Below are positions 38,911 through 51,842 of a stretch of 64,000 nt of DNA, piece by piece. The stretch's first letter is position 1. The number at the start of each line of letters is the position of its first letter. A program made the translations under genes and the position numbers. The DNA is from Haplodiscus bocki (Eukaryota), in assembly GCA_965655095.1 (NCBI GenBank), contig OZ296649.1, positions 21,700,001-21,764,000 of the forward strand, written 5' to 3'. The notes beneath the pieces are model-generated. The model ran no database searches. It had not been told where the DNA came from and saw only the letters and a program-made list of their open reading frames with translations.

Positions 38911-41901
38911 TAGGAAGCTGAACACTGTTAAGGTTTTCTTACGACTATTGGTGACGCGGATAGATCCTCATGCACTCTGACGGTAGTCCTTTTTTTTTAA
39001 AAAAAACACCTTTTTTAATTTCTAAAATGAAAGAAAAGATGAACAAACATTTGATTTTTAATCGCAATTGACAATAATTGTGCATTTATTGTTGAAATAT
39101 TCTCTTCTCCCGAACATCGGTGATCAATATTTTACCGGATTTGGACACACAAATTCAGATTTCTACGTCTTTTGTTCAAATTTTTGTCTACAAATAGTGT
39201 CAGAAATAGTATTGAACAACCAAAACATGTAAAAAACCAGCCTTGTCTTTTTTTCCTCGTTCTTCCGGGTTTTTTGTGTCATTATTTCAATTAATTGCTA
39301 AAAGGCATGAATTTGTGCATGTTTTTAAGTGTTCTGTTGAATAAAAGTGTGAAATTGAGAACAGATTTTACATTATGCGGTGAAAAAAAGGAAAACAGAA
39401 TATAAAAAGATGGTTTACCTCGTTTTACCTCATTTGATTGTTCGACACTATATCTGACACTACTGACGTTTGCTATTTTCCTAATAGTTTTTGCACCTCT
39501 TTATAAATTCAATTTAAGATAAATTTTCTTTTACAAAAGTCCCTTTTTCTTTCACAATACGTGTAAAAAGAGGGTTTAGTAGATCACTTTCAATTTTATC
39601 ATCTTCAATATAATTGTCATTGTTTTTTGTTATTTGTTTCGAATCCTCTAGTTCTCTTTCATTTCGTAAATAAATTGTGTCTCTAGGTTGCTGTTATCAA
39701 ACATATCAAACGTTTCGTGAATTTGTTTTTCAATTTCTGGCTTTGCCGCTCGTCTCAAAACCTTATGCAATTGATTCTGCATCAGTGTATTGGAATTGCA
39801 AAAACTCTTCACTCAATTATACTTATGGTTTATCATAAAAGTTTTCATAAATAAATATTTTTGCCAGTTATAAAACAGTAAATTGAACTACCATTGGCCT
39901 ATTCAGGAGAATCTTTTGTTTCTGAAATGTACAGCTCCAAAGCGAAGTACCATCTTCAAAAGGATATTGTGTATTATCATTGTAGGTTAAATTACTTTGC
40001 TCTTTTTTTACAGTTTTTAAAATTTGTTACAATTTTTGTTTGTTTTCTTTTTCCTGGATTCTCCTTTTTTTTTACAAAAACAGGCTGCAGGTCATACCTA
40101 CCGGAATTTTTTCTCTAAATTCACAGCTTTTGCCGTTTGTTCTAAAATTTGTATTTTTATCCAATTATCATTTCAAAATTGCTTTTTCTTTTAAAACCAT
40201 AATTTTGTTTGTTTTCACAATTTCTGTGCCGTGGTTAACATAAAATTTTAGGTGTTTTTATTGGGTAAATTAATCATTTATTTATCAGTCCAATCGCAAT
40301 CTAATTTTCGTTGTGGTTTTTAGTCTGCTGGTTTAATGCTGTTCACAGAAGTCTGTGAAGAATGTTGTCTCCACTTTCTAATTTTTCGGACAAATAGGAA
40401 AACATCATGTTTCTTTTATATTGTCGTGGGATTTGAGATTAAGGTCTACAGCCTATCCATTATCAGAGTCTACTGTTGTTTTTTAAACAACTTCTGTTTT
40501 AAGAATTTTTATAAATTTACTTTCAATTAGAAGTAAACACTGCGATGTACACCAACCATAAAATTTTTTTCCTCTATGCATAACATTACAAATTTCCCAC
40601 TTCGGTTAACATAACGAGGTCCACAGACACCGCAAAAACCTTCTCGTAAAGCATTTTAAACAGGTAGAAACTTATCTTCAGATTGTGAAAATTATTTTGG
40701 GAAAATGTCATTTTAAATGCAGATTGATATGTATAGCCTGGTAATGATATAAAACTTGATGGTTTTGATATATAACTTTCAGATGATTCTATTACAAATC
40801 TAGTAAAAACATCTGCTAATATAAGCACATCACATACTTTTTAAAAGATAAAAATACTTTCTCCAGCTTTAAGCTTAAAATTTTTACTTATTTCGTTTGT
40901 ATCAGTTGGATCCGCTGTTTTCTCTTAATGATGAAGAATCATCTCTACTTTGAGATCTGACAAAGGTTTGCTGCAAACTTCTGTAGATATATATGCTTCA
41001 TAGGGGAATACAATTTTCTTCTTTACAAGTTCCCAACGATCACCAAACACTCCTTTTTTAAGAAAAATCTGAAACTTTTAATGTTTTTACTAATTTTGCT
41101 AAATGAAAATTCCTGAAACTTTAAGAATCTATGAACTTTAAATGACCATGAACAACTGTAAATTCTTCTGTTCTTGTATTTTGTATTACATTAAATTTCG
41201 TTTTCTTTAAAAATTTTTGTCGAATTAGTTGTCATTAAAAAAAGAATCATACCCAGACAAAATATGTAAAACGGTAAGCATAAAATGTGAAAACGGTGAT
41301 CTTATTTTCAATTTGCATACAACATATGCTGCTCCTTTGAGTTTATCTGCTAAATGGTCATGGTCTCTCACCTTGAATTTTTCATGTTTTTTCGGCGATC
41401 CCTTACTTTTATTATTGCTCACTGTTTTTTTCAGGAATATTGAATGTTTTTGTAATATTTACATTATGCTTCTTCTTTTCTTCAAAGCTCTTTTCACACA
41501 TCCAGCATTTGTCAGCTTTATCGAATTCTTCTTCATTTTGTTTCAGTCATTTTTGAAGGAAATTCAGTACGACTATATATTTGATGTAAGCTTTCATCAA
41601 CTTCTCTTATACATGTAACAAATGATTTTTCACATCCATTGTGAATGTGAATCGTGAAAAAATGGATATGAAGAATTGTGACTTTCTACAAATTGAAATG
41701 GATCGTTCTAGAAATATCCCCGCTAACAAGAATGGAACACTAATTTTGGAGATAGTAAAACTAATACATAAAGTAAAAAAAATAGTCATACAAAGCGACA
41801 AGAGACATTAGAATTGAAACTGGCTAAAATAAAATAAAACTTTCAGTTTGTAAACCTTCAATTATTCTTGAAAAATGGAGGCTGCATGTAATGAATTTAC
41901 A
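38735..41901 (-). repeat. Near-identical inverted, circularly permuted copy of 5510-8713
   Basis: 38735-40292 is the reverse complement of 5510-7070; 40271-41901 is the reverse complement of 7082-8713; matching ORFs are identical (e.g. 7365..7754 and 41229..41618). Confidence 0.97.
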
Positions 41902-41903
41902 AG

Positions 41904-42238
41904 TTGACCAAAGAAAATTTATCTTCAACCCGAAGAAACTGGATAACCATCAAATTATTAAAGAATAGATCCATTCACTTCAGGTATATATACATATGCA
42001 ACTACAACAACGAAAAGATAGGTTTTTTTTAGTTAAAATCATGTTTTTTTCATAACGAGTCTGTTGCCTAACAACACCACCCAAAATTCAAAACTAAAAA
42101 CATTGTTGGTTTTCGACGTTGCACAACTGTCTGATTTTCATTACCAAATTCATCTTTTTTCTCTAACTCATGGAATTTAAAAGACAGCAGGTGGTGATAA
42201 CAAAAGGTAAACAATACCTAAAATCGATATACACAATA
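41904..42238. repeat. Half palindrome M (core plus right arm), copy C
   Basis: TTGACCAAAGAAAATTTATCTTCAACC...GATATACACAATA matches 46829-47163. Confidence 0.85.
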
Positions 42239-42239
42239 T

Positions 42240-42410
42240 ACTGAGACAAAACAAATTGGTCTCACAAGTTGTATACAATTACTGAATATTTTGATGATAA
42301 ATTACCAGCCTATCATATGAATGTTTTGCTTGAAAGAAATAACGAAGTTTTGTTGAGAAAAACAGTTTCCTCAATGAAAGAGAAGAAAAAAGCTTGAAAA
42401 ACTACTATTC
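42240..42410 (+). pseudogene. Integrase C-terminal tail (copy at 47165-47335)
   Basis: DKTNWSHKLYTITEYFDDKLPAYHMNVLLERNNEVLLRKT aligns with the tail of the unsplit integrase at ~38070-38235. Confidence 0.8.
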
Positions 42411-42419
42411 AATCATTCC

Positions 42420-42810
42420 CCTAGTGTATACAATTTCAGTAATTCCATTTAAATTCAGTATAAAAAACAAAACTACAAGTAAAAAAAATTGCAGCAAAAA
42501 ATGAACAATCTAGCACTAGAGTCAAAATTATATAAAGGAGACAATAAATTTTCAACAAAATCTGCCATGGCCACGTTACATCTTCTTGAGGGAACTCATG
42601 GGGTCTGTTTTCTTGACAGTTACTATCTTGGTTCCTCTGGATATGCTCCACCTGAAATAAAAGTTATTTAAACTAAAAGTAAACAAGTAAAATGTACCTA
42701 TTCTGAATATCAAATTCAGAAAAAAGTCTTTGTGGTAGTTATTGTTTATATTTTTTTATTGCACAGTTTTGTTTTCAACGGATATTCAAACAGTAGTTTC
42801 AATTTTGTAA
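42420..42810 (+). pseudogene. Adenain-like cysteine protease (internally deleted copy at 47345-47690)
   Basis: LHLLEGTHGVCFLDSYYLGSSGYAPP, KCTYSEYQIQ, SLCGSYCLY (catalytic His, Gln and Cys positions visible). Confidence 0.85.
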
Positions 42811-42999
42811 CAAAACAAACGACTAGATCAAAAATAAAACAAGAGACCAAAATTATACCAACAACAAAAACAGTACCAAAAGAGCAGGAAAACGAAAAAG
42901 CCAAACTGCATTTGTTCGAAAAAGATCATAAATTTGTTGTACAAGAAATGGTGTCGGCTAATGTATTTGACGAATTATGATTTACTATAAAACAATATC

Positions 43000-43815
43000 A
43001 GTCTCTTTAAACTTAGCCCCACTAACAAGGATGAAACACTATTAATCGAGACACTATTAATGAGTAATTTTGTTGCATAAAGTAAAAAAAACCCATACGA
43101 AACCACAACAGGCCTCTGGAATTCAAAATGACTAAATTAAACCAAATTTTGTATTTTTGATCAACCTTCAAATTCTCCTGAGAGATGGATGATGGTTGCA
43201 ATGAATTTACAAAATTATAATACTGTTTGCAACTAAACTGACAAAAAAGATAGTATTTCTCAGTATAAAACTGGTTATTGTGAACAGGAACTTGTTGACT
43301 TTGAGCAGTTGAAAAAATAATTGCACCAAAAACGCCAGAACACACGTTAAAAACTAAAACAAGTTTAGTAATTAAATATGATAATGAATTAAAAGTAAAA
43401 GGTGAACATGGATATGAAAAAATCACTTTTTAACAGTTCCTGACCGTGAATTGCCTCGAAAAAAACCCATAGAAAGATTGAAAGAAGTGAATTACTTACG
43501 GATTTTTTTGGATGAATATCTGGATATGTATTGTAGATTGCAAATAACCAGTGAAGAAAATGAGTAAAATTTGGGGTAAATTTATTTTCGGCCAAAATTA
43601 TTAGTTTATGAAATACCTGTACGAATTTACGTACTAGTTGACATCGAGGACGCCTCTCGAGAAAAAAAAGAACGTTAAGCCGATTAAAAAACAATGAAAA
43701 CATCTTTTTTACAACAAAACAAGAAAAAATTTCAACTTTGATTTGAATGAAATTTTAGGTTTTGCAAGGAGAAAATATCCTGCTTGAACACATTTAGGTG
43801 AAAAACCTACGAAAA
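43000..43815 (+). pseudogene. Minor capsid-like gene, 3'-truncated (copy ~47875-48655)
   Basis: NKDETLL..THTKPQQ.LEFKMTK..WMM..NLQ; YEIP..Y; ILGFARRKYPA*THLGEKP. Confidence 0.6.
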
Positions 43816-43824
43816 AAAGTAATA

Positions 43825-46550
43825 ACTGAAGGTTTGCCTGCAGCTGCTACGTTTTTAAATGCTTTATAGGTGATTTTTATTTTCTTTTTTTGGAGTTCCC
43901 AACGATCACCCTTTACTTTTTTAGTTATTTCAAAATCAGAATCTTTCAAATGTTTTTACTAATTTTGTTAAAGGCATAATCATCAACCTTAAAGAATCTA
44001 TAAATGTTATATGCCACAAATAATTCTGAAACGTTTTTCTCTAGTTTTTGGTAGTACACTAAGTTTCCATTTCTTTATATCTTTTTCGGAATAGATCTGT
44101 CATTTGAAAAAATGAGAATCATATCTAGACAGGTTTTGTAAAACCATAGGCATAAAATGTGAACACGATGATCTTACTTTCAAAATGCATACAACATATG
44201 TTGCTCCTCTGAATTAACCTGTTAAAAGGTCATGATCTCTCATTTTGAAAACTTCGTATTTTCTCAGCAATCCCTTAATTTTATAATTGCTCACAGTTTT
44301 ATCAGGAACATTGAATGTTCTATAGTATATACAAAATGGTTCTTCATTTTCTCAAAGTTCCTTTCACACATACAACCTTTATCAGTTTTATCAAAATCTT
44401 CATTTTTTTCAGTCATTTTTGAATGAAATTTAGTACGACTATATATTTGATGTAAGGTTGTACCTAATGCTGTTGTATGTTTCACAAGTGATTTTACACA
44501 GCCACCACCAGAGTTTGCAATACGTTAAAAGTTCAAAAAGTAATCTAATTTTGAAAAAAATGCGCGGCCGTAGGTGATTGCTTTCTGCTCATAAAGGTGT
44601 TTGGTTTTCGTTTTTGTATTGTTTAATGGAAAAAAATTGCATTCAAAATCTGAATTTGCTGTAGAATGTAATGGTATCCTGTAACGAAAGCTAAACAAAT
44701 GTTAAGATCCCTCATCTGGAAATATCTTTTCACATGGTTCACGTTTCAGGCAGTTTTCTTAATTTAGATATTTTTTGTTTTCAGTTGGAGAGGATGATGA
44801 ACAAATACTTCAAAACTAAGTTCTGTTTGATGAGTGGGCCGACAAATAAATGCAATTTTTTATGTTAACCTGTAATGGTTTTTGTAAAGGTGTAGGTCAA
44901 AACATTTAAATTTTTTTCCTGAGATGTACAGAGGGTAAAAGCAACGTCTCAAAAACTTCTAGGATTATCAAACTCAAATTCTTTAATGCACAAGTCATTT
45001 ACCTTTTCTAATCTAGGAATTTCTTTAATTTGAAATCCGTTGGTGGAAACTATATTTCCTCAATTTATTATATTAAAATGTTTTAAAATACTATTAGGTA
45101 TGGATACATTTGTTTTCACTAGGATTACTTTGATTGAGATGGACCATTTTGCACAGCAAATATAATTATGATTTTGAAGGCTAATATTTGAACTATGGTT
45201 TTGAGAAAGGTCAATCTAACTGCTTCCACCCATTTTGTCAGTTTGTGAAAACCTTATGTCCATAACAAAGAGACTTTGAAATCTAAAACCAAAATCAATC
45301 AGTTCAAAACCTTCAATTTCAGATTGTATTTCTGGTTAGAAATTATTTTCATTTTTTTGATTTTGTGATCATGTTTTTTCTGTGGTATATTTTGATACAA
45401 ATCAGTCTCATTAGGTGTAAAATCAACATTCCCAGTCTCATGCTGTTTTTTTTGTCAAAGAAAGCATGAAAAGATACATGGTTCATGAAGTTTGATTTGT
45501 TAATCTTTCTTGCATAGGTTGTACTTGTTTCTTTCAGTATTGTGTTCATAACATTTATGTTAAATGTTTCATTTGGCGGAATCCCAAAAATTGCAGTAGC
45601 ATGTTCTGGTGTTAACGACTGAAATTGGTTAATATAACTTTGTGCTATTTCTCGTGGTGAAGCAAAAAGACAATTAGGGCTAGCCACTTCTATGTTTTGT
45701 AATTTAATTAAATTTTCGTTTCCAAAAGTTTTTTAAGTTTTGGTCTCTGGTTTTGGTGTTTGTTCTTGTTGATATTTTTTTGTGCTTGCTAAGGTTTCAT
45801 TGTGTTGGGTATGTGATTGTGTAACATATCTACTGCAAGTTTCACAAAAATAAAGTTTTGATGAAATATTCTAACCTCGTGTTTTGTTATTTTTTCTGAT
45901 CGATTATAGGTTCTCCAATTTTCACGATTGAAGTTTTCAAAGCAAAATGCACAATTTCATTCTGAACAGTCGTGTGCTTCTTTGGGTTTTTTTTATAAAG
46001 ATTGCATATTGTTTTTTCTCCGAGTTTTCATTTAGGTTTGATTGATTTAATATTTCCTTTAGAAAATTTTTGTGGTTTTTCAATATTAGAAGTATTAAAT
46101 TCAGGTTTGAAAATGTCTTAGGAAGATGTTTATTTGATTTTTCAAGGCGTTGCCAACTTTTTTTGTTAATAATCAAATTGCAAACATCACCAGATACCAA
46201 TAAACTTTCCATTTATTAGAGATTTTGTTTTTGAAATAAATTTGGTTGACATTTTTTTGCTGGTTTCGTTTTCATTAGTAAGATGGTTTCCCCTGTCAAC
46301 TAAGTTAATATTTGTACAACAATATTCGCCTTCTCTTACGAATATGTCGACTTTTTTCATTATAAACATTTTTGCATTAATCACATCTTGTTAAGTCGCC
46401 TGTTTTTAAAAAAATTGATGTACTGATCTAATGTGTTTATTTCATCCAGTTTCGCTAAAGGATAGATTGCAGGTACCACTATTTAAACAAGTGGTTTTTC
46501 TGTTCTCATAAAACTTAATGAAGTAGTTGGCACATCTCACAGTGGAAAAG
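43825..46550 (-). pseudogene. Zinc-finger array plus N-terminal half of pPolB lineage 2 (diverged inverted homolog of ~2170-4840)
   Basis: DVCNLIINKKSWQRLEKSNKH, ASPNCLFA..FQSLTPEHA, GGS*IDL, ANSDFEC, CMCERNF, RDHDLLTG*FRGATYVVC, NLSRYDSHFF, FIDSL, GDRWEL. Confidence 0.88.
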
Positions 46551-46631
46551 GTGGGTAATTTTCATCATATATGAAACTTTGGCAAAAAAATGGATACAGT
46601 TGTGGTTATAAATAAATTTTGTGGTGAAGAA

Positions 46632-47163
46632 GATTGTGTATTAATCGATTAGTTGTATTCCCCAATCTTTGCATCACAAAATAGAGTCTCGTAATTTTCA
46701 TGATATTTAGAAAATGAACGTCGTTCTGAAAATCATACTTTTTTGCAATGTTGATCATCAGCAACAATTTTTTTATCAGTTTTTGGTTGTATAGTTAAAC
46801 ATCTTATTCTTCATGAAAAAGCGTAATTTTGACCAAAGAAAAAATATCTTCAACCCCAAAAAAATGAAAAACCATCAGAATATTAACAAATAGATCCATT
46901 CACTTCAGGTACATATACATATGCAACTACAACAACAAAAGCATAGCTTTTTTTATAGTTAAAAATATGCTTTTTTCATAACGAGTCTGTTGCCTAACAA
47001 CACCACCCAAAATTGAAAACTAAAAACATTGTTGGTTTTTGACGTTGCAGATTTGTCTGATTTTCATTACCAAATTCATCTGTTTCTTTAACTCATGGAA
47101 TTTAAAAGACACCAGGTGGTGATGAAAAAAGGTAAACAATACCTAAAATCGATATACACAATA
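46632..47163. repeat. Palindrome M, copy B
   Basis: Arms ATTGTGTATTAATCGATT...AATCGATATACACAATA; GAAAATCA/TGATTTTC pairing; same core as 1780-1890. Confidence 0.8.
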
Positions 47164-49007
47164 TACTGAGATACAACAATTTGGTCTCACAAGTTGTATA
47201 CAACTACTGAATACTTTGATGATAAATTACCAGCCTATCATATGAATGTTTTGCTTGAAAGAAGTAACGAAGTTTTGTTGAGAAAAACAGTTTTTCCAGT
47301 GGAAGAAAAAAAGAAGGTTTGAGAAACTGTCTTTACAAAATTCTTTTAGTGTACACAATTTCAGTAATTCTATAAAACTTCAGTATAAAAAACAAAGCTA
47401 CGAAAAAATATATACTGGAGACAAAAAACTTTCAATAAATTCTGCCATAGCCACGTTACATCTTTCCGAAGGAACTCTTTGGGTCTGTTTTCTTGACAGT
47501 TTTTATCTTGGTTCCCCCGGATAAGCTCCACCTAAAAATAATATTATTTACACTAAAAGTAAACAAGGAAAACGTACTTATTCTGAATATCAAATTCAGA
47601 AAAAAGTCTTTGTGGTAGTTCTTGTTTATATTTTTTTATTGCATATTTTTGTTTTCAACGGATATTCAAACAGTAGTTTCAATTTTGTAACAAAACAAAC
47701 GACTAGATCAAAAATAAAACAAGAGACCAAAATTATACCGACAACAACAACAGTACCCAAAAAGCAGGAAAACGAAAGAACGAAAACTGCATTTTTTTGA
47801 AAAACATCTTAAACTTGTCGTACAAAAATGGCCTCGGCTAATGGGTTTAACGATTTACGACTTTCTTTAATACAAAGTCGATCTTTTCAAAATTGGCCCC
47901 ACTAACAAGAATGAAACACTATTAATCGAGACAGTATTTTTGTTGCAAAAAGTATAAAAACACCCATACAAAACCACAAGAGGCCTTAGAATTCAAAATG
48001 ACTCAATTAACCCAAATTCTATAAATTTGATAAACCTTCGAATTTTCCTGAGATGGATGATGGGTGTAACCAATTTACAAAATTTTAATATTGTTTGCAA
48101 AAAAAACTGACAGAACTAATAAAAGTGGTCGGTATATACCTGGTTATTACGAACCGGACCCCGTAGAATTCGAGATTTTCCAAAGATTTTTAGACCAAGA
48201 AACGCCAGAATACGCTTTAAAAGCAAAACTGGTTTAGCAAGAAGGTAGGGAAATGAAATTTAAAAAAGGCGAACATGGAATTGAATACTTTACTTTTTTT
48301 TACCAGATCTTGATTATGAATTACCTCAAAAAATCCTCTAGAAGGGTTGAAAGCGATGAAATACGGACGACATTTTCTTGACGAAGATTTTGATATGTAT
48401 TGTAGAATGCAATTAACGAGTAAAGGAAGTGTGTTTTTATGATGGTAACTTTATGTTGAACCAAAGACAATGAATATTGAAATACCTTCAAAAATTTATG
48501 GATTAAATGACAGTAAATACGCTTCTCAACAAATTATTCAACTTAAAGCCGATGAAAAACAATGAAAAAACTTTTCAACTCTGATTTCATTAACGTTTCA
48601 GGTTTTGCAAAGAAAACATATCCTGTTGGAACAAATCTAAATGAAAAATTTACAACATCTTTATTAGAAGCCAATTTAGTATAAGACATCGTAGCGGTGG
48701 GAAATTTGAGAAAAATGCCCAAAGTCCCTGTAAAGGTAAAATAAAACAAGACAAGAACTTTTTTCGGTAAATATGGTATTGAGGGAATAAATTATAAACT
48801 GGATAATCTATCTCAGGGTGTTTTTTTGTCTAATATAAAGTTCAGAAAAGGCCAGTTCAATGCCAACATTGACATATAATTTTTATGCGAAGACTTCGTT
48901 CTTGATAAAAATTTTGGTGATGAAAATTCAGTTTGACTTCAGATGATAATAAAAATATGAATGTTGAAAAAAAAACAAAATTGTTCACTAATTTATGCTA
49001 GTGGATT

Positions 49008-49180
49008 TGACATTGTTTTTCTTTCCTCTGATTACAATGACTTAGTGGATAGGTTAAGCCTACTTTATCAGGAGGAAAAGATGCAAGTGATGCGAAAAGT
49101 ATAAATGCTTGAACTACATCAATAGTTGCTAAACTTCTTGATTTTGATTGCTTAACAAAAGAAAAAGATGGTATTATGAC
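49008..49180 (+). pseudogene. Fragment of conserved accessory gene
   Basis: DIVFLSSDYNDLVDRLSLLYQE..IVAKLLDFDCLT, homologous to 28755-28920. Confidence 0.55.
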
Positions 49181-49194
49181 TGCTTCCATAAACC

Positions 49195-49850
49195 GTTGAG
49201 GTTTTTGAAAAAGGATCAGCTACAGGTTTAAGAACTTCAATTTTTGCTTTCAATAAAGTGCACTATTTGTCTTCAGCATCTAATCCATCAAATTATGATA
49301 ACTATACCTCTCTTTCCACGCTTCTTTGCGAAAATTTTCAAATTCCTCATAACTCATATCAAAACCAGGCGTGTCATTGAATAAACTTTGTGCTGTCTTT
49401 TCAGTTTTTTTTAAAAAAAATTGATAATGTTGCTATTATCTCTAATTAGTAATGGTTACAGAGAATTTTGGTATGATAAATAATACACATCAATTTTCAC
49501 ATTCCTACTACACGGGGAAAAAGGGGAAATGTCTCTTTGTTTAATTTTCAACATACCACTAAAGACTACAACGCAATCTTTATATTCATCATTTGTATAT
49601 ACTTGTCCCTTACTATCATAATCAAGATATTGTTTAGGAGATCTAGTTATAGTTTTCTTTTTTCAATGTGGGTTAATTATTTCGCTTCATAGGTTTTAAT
49701 TCATCAGAAGATTCGTTTTTCCAAGGAAACAAGGACCTACAATCAAAGTTCGAGTAGTGCCATTAGTATTTTTGCTCTATGACCTACGTTTATTTTGGCT
49801 TTCTTTGTGTCTTCGTTTTTTATGATCATTTGTGCCATTTTTATTAATGT
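49195..49850 (-). pseudogene. A32/FtsK-like packaging ATPase, second lineage
   Basis: Intact Walker A RTLIVGPCFLGKT (49714-49752), ITRSPKQY, DCVVVF, DVYYLS, IRDNSNII, TPGFDMSYEEF. Confidence 0.88.
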
Positions 49851-50044
49851 ATTTTTCACAATCTCTCTTTTTCACTTTTTCTTTATTACAGTTTTTACAC
49901 ACTTTATCTTTTTACACAAAACTTGTCAGTATCAGAATTTTGACTGCATTGTATACAAACCTTATCGCCAGATCTGAAGTGACTCAAAGAATCTTTATTC
50001 TTTTAGAATATTGAGGAGAGAAGTATTTTCTCTACTTGGGTTTA

Positions 50045-51279
50045 TCTTAAAACAAACATTTTCCTTCCACCAGAAATTATGCTAACCAATCTAGTAGGTA
50101 ATACTAACGCAAATGCTATATAATTTGTAACATCAACAGCACCCTAAAAATTGTAAAGTTTCTATTTCACACTAATTGGTTGAGCTTCAATATGACCTTT
50201 CTGGTGAGTATATCAAACACATATGAATTATAAGTTTAAATAAATGAATTTATGTCTTTAAACGGTTTTAATATTCCATCTTTATTGTGCCTGAGAGAAA
50301 AATTCTCTTTTCCGTTTTAAGCTTCGTGCAAAAATGTTATATGGATAATATAGGTTTATATAAATATCAGGATATCGAACAGACACAATTCTACAAACAG
50401 CATATGATACTAGTAACCAGTCAAACGCAAAGTTATCAGGAATTTGTGCCTCGTTTTCATTAATACGCCTGAATCCTACTAAAACCCAAGATGGCCCACT
50501 TGTAACGTTCGATTCCTATTTTAAAAGTCCAACTACGCGTAATATTCTTTGGTTTTCTCAAAACACTACGTTCCTCAAAATACAATTCTGTTGGAATTTC
50601 AATTAACGTTTCATTTGCGATTAAATGTTGATTATCGGGACTTGATGTAAATTTGTCAACGTATCACGGAGTCTCTCATGTAGGAACTTCTGCTCGTGCG
50701 CCTGTGCTTGCTCCAACATTTACACTGTTTGACTAATTACGTTTAAATGAGGATTATAAACTAGACCATATGTAATTTTATTTTGATCAGCACAACCAAA
50801 AATATGAACTAATTGTTTTCTTTAATGAAAAGAACCATTTAATTATCATTGTCTATTAACTTTAACCAATTTCTTGTTCTTGCTTGATCACTGTCAAAAC
50901 AGTAAAACATTTCAATTGTCCCAGCTGATGACGATAAAAGTTTATACAATAATTAGGCTGTATGAAGACTTTCGACTTTCTCTAGATGTTTTTAAAACTT
51001 GTAGTAATTGTTGTTTTGCTAAAGGGAGCAAAAAGACCAAGATTCACTGACCTAGTAGCATCACCCTTGTAGTATTGAGCAACATCAGCACAATGTTAAA
51101 CCTCAATTCAAACAAGGACAACCGTTTTGCAATGAAATGTAACTACATTCACGCGGTATTCGAACTTCTAAATTTTTGTTAACTTGGTCCACTCCTTCTT
51201 TACTTTCAGGAGATTTTCTTTAAAAATCTGATTTGTAAAAATCTCTTGATTTTGGTTCACCGGTTTTAAAATTGAACAT
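50045..51279 (-). pseudogene. Major capsid protein, second divergent lineage
   Basis: MFNF..VRIPRECSYISL, VNLGLFAPFS..TTSF..HLE, ITYGL.Y, WTFKIG, VCRI.SVRYPD, AQPISV, FALVL.TRLVS; collinear with 28947-30250. Confidence 0.75.
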
Positions 51280-51329
51280 TGTTTTCATATGCATCAAAAT
51301 TATTATCACTGAAAAAATTAAGAAACCAG

Positions 51330-51842
51330 AGAATTATTTTTTTTGTTTTTTTTCTTTGGATTATGCGTTCCAATACGTTTCTTATACTCTGCTTGATGTC
51401 TTTTATTATCTTTTTCAACCGTTTTGATATATTTTTCTAAAATCATGAACTGAGGTTTTTGCAATGGTGTTTTTTTCTAAATAATAATTTTCTCTCTTCT
51501 TTGAAATTTTGCTTGCTAATTTGGTGGTAATTGCAAAACCACACAAAAACCTGCTGTTATTGATACTACAAATAAGCCAAATCGAGTTATACTAAGTGCT
51601 ATTGACGTGCGTGCTAGTCCAATAAGTGTAGGTGAACCAATTGTGTTGAAAACTTTTTCATATTTTTCAATTTGTTACATTTCTCTCTGAGTTCTTCAAG
51701 TTCTTCTTCGTAAAATCTTGAAATCACATCGATTTTGCTTTTAGAAAAATTGAAGCTCTTAACTTCCTTTGGTTTTTTACTAATTATTTCTGCCCAATTT
51801 TGAGACTCAGTAATGAGACTTGGGTTTTTTTGTCGACCATAT
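51330..51842 (-). pseudogene. Putative membrane protein, homolog of 17775-18275
   Basis: EVKSFN..FYEEE..KYEKVFNTIGSPTLIGLARTSIALSITRFGLFVVSITAGFCV. Confidence 0.55.

Larger units (their letters stand above)
41904..43815 (+). repeat. ~1.9 kb direct duplication of ~46829-48655
   Basis: Collinear similarity; ORFs 42732 and 47612 are nearly identical. Confidence 0.9.
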
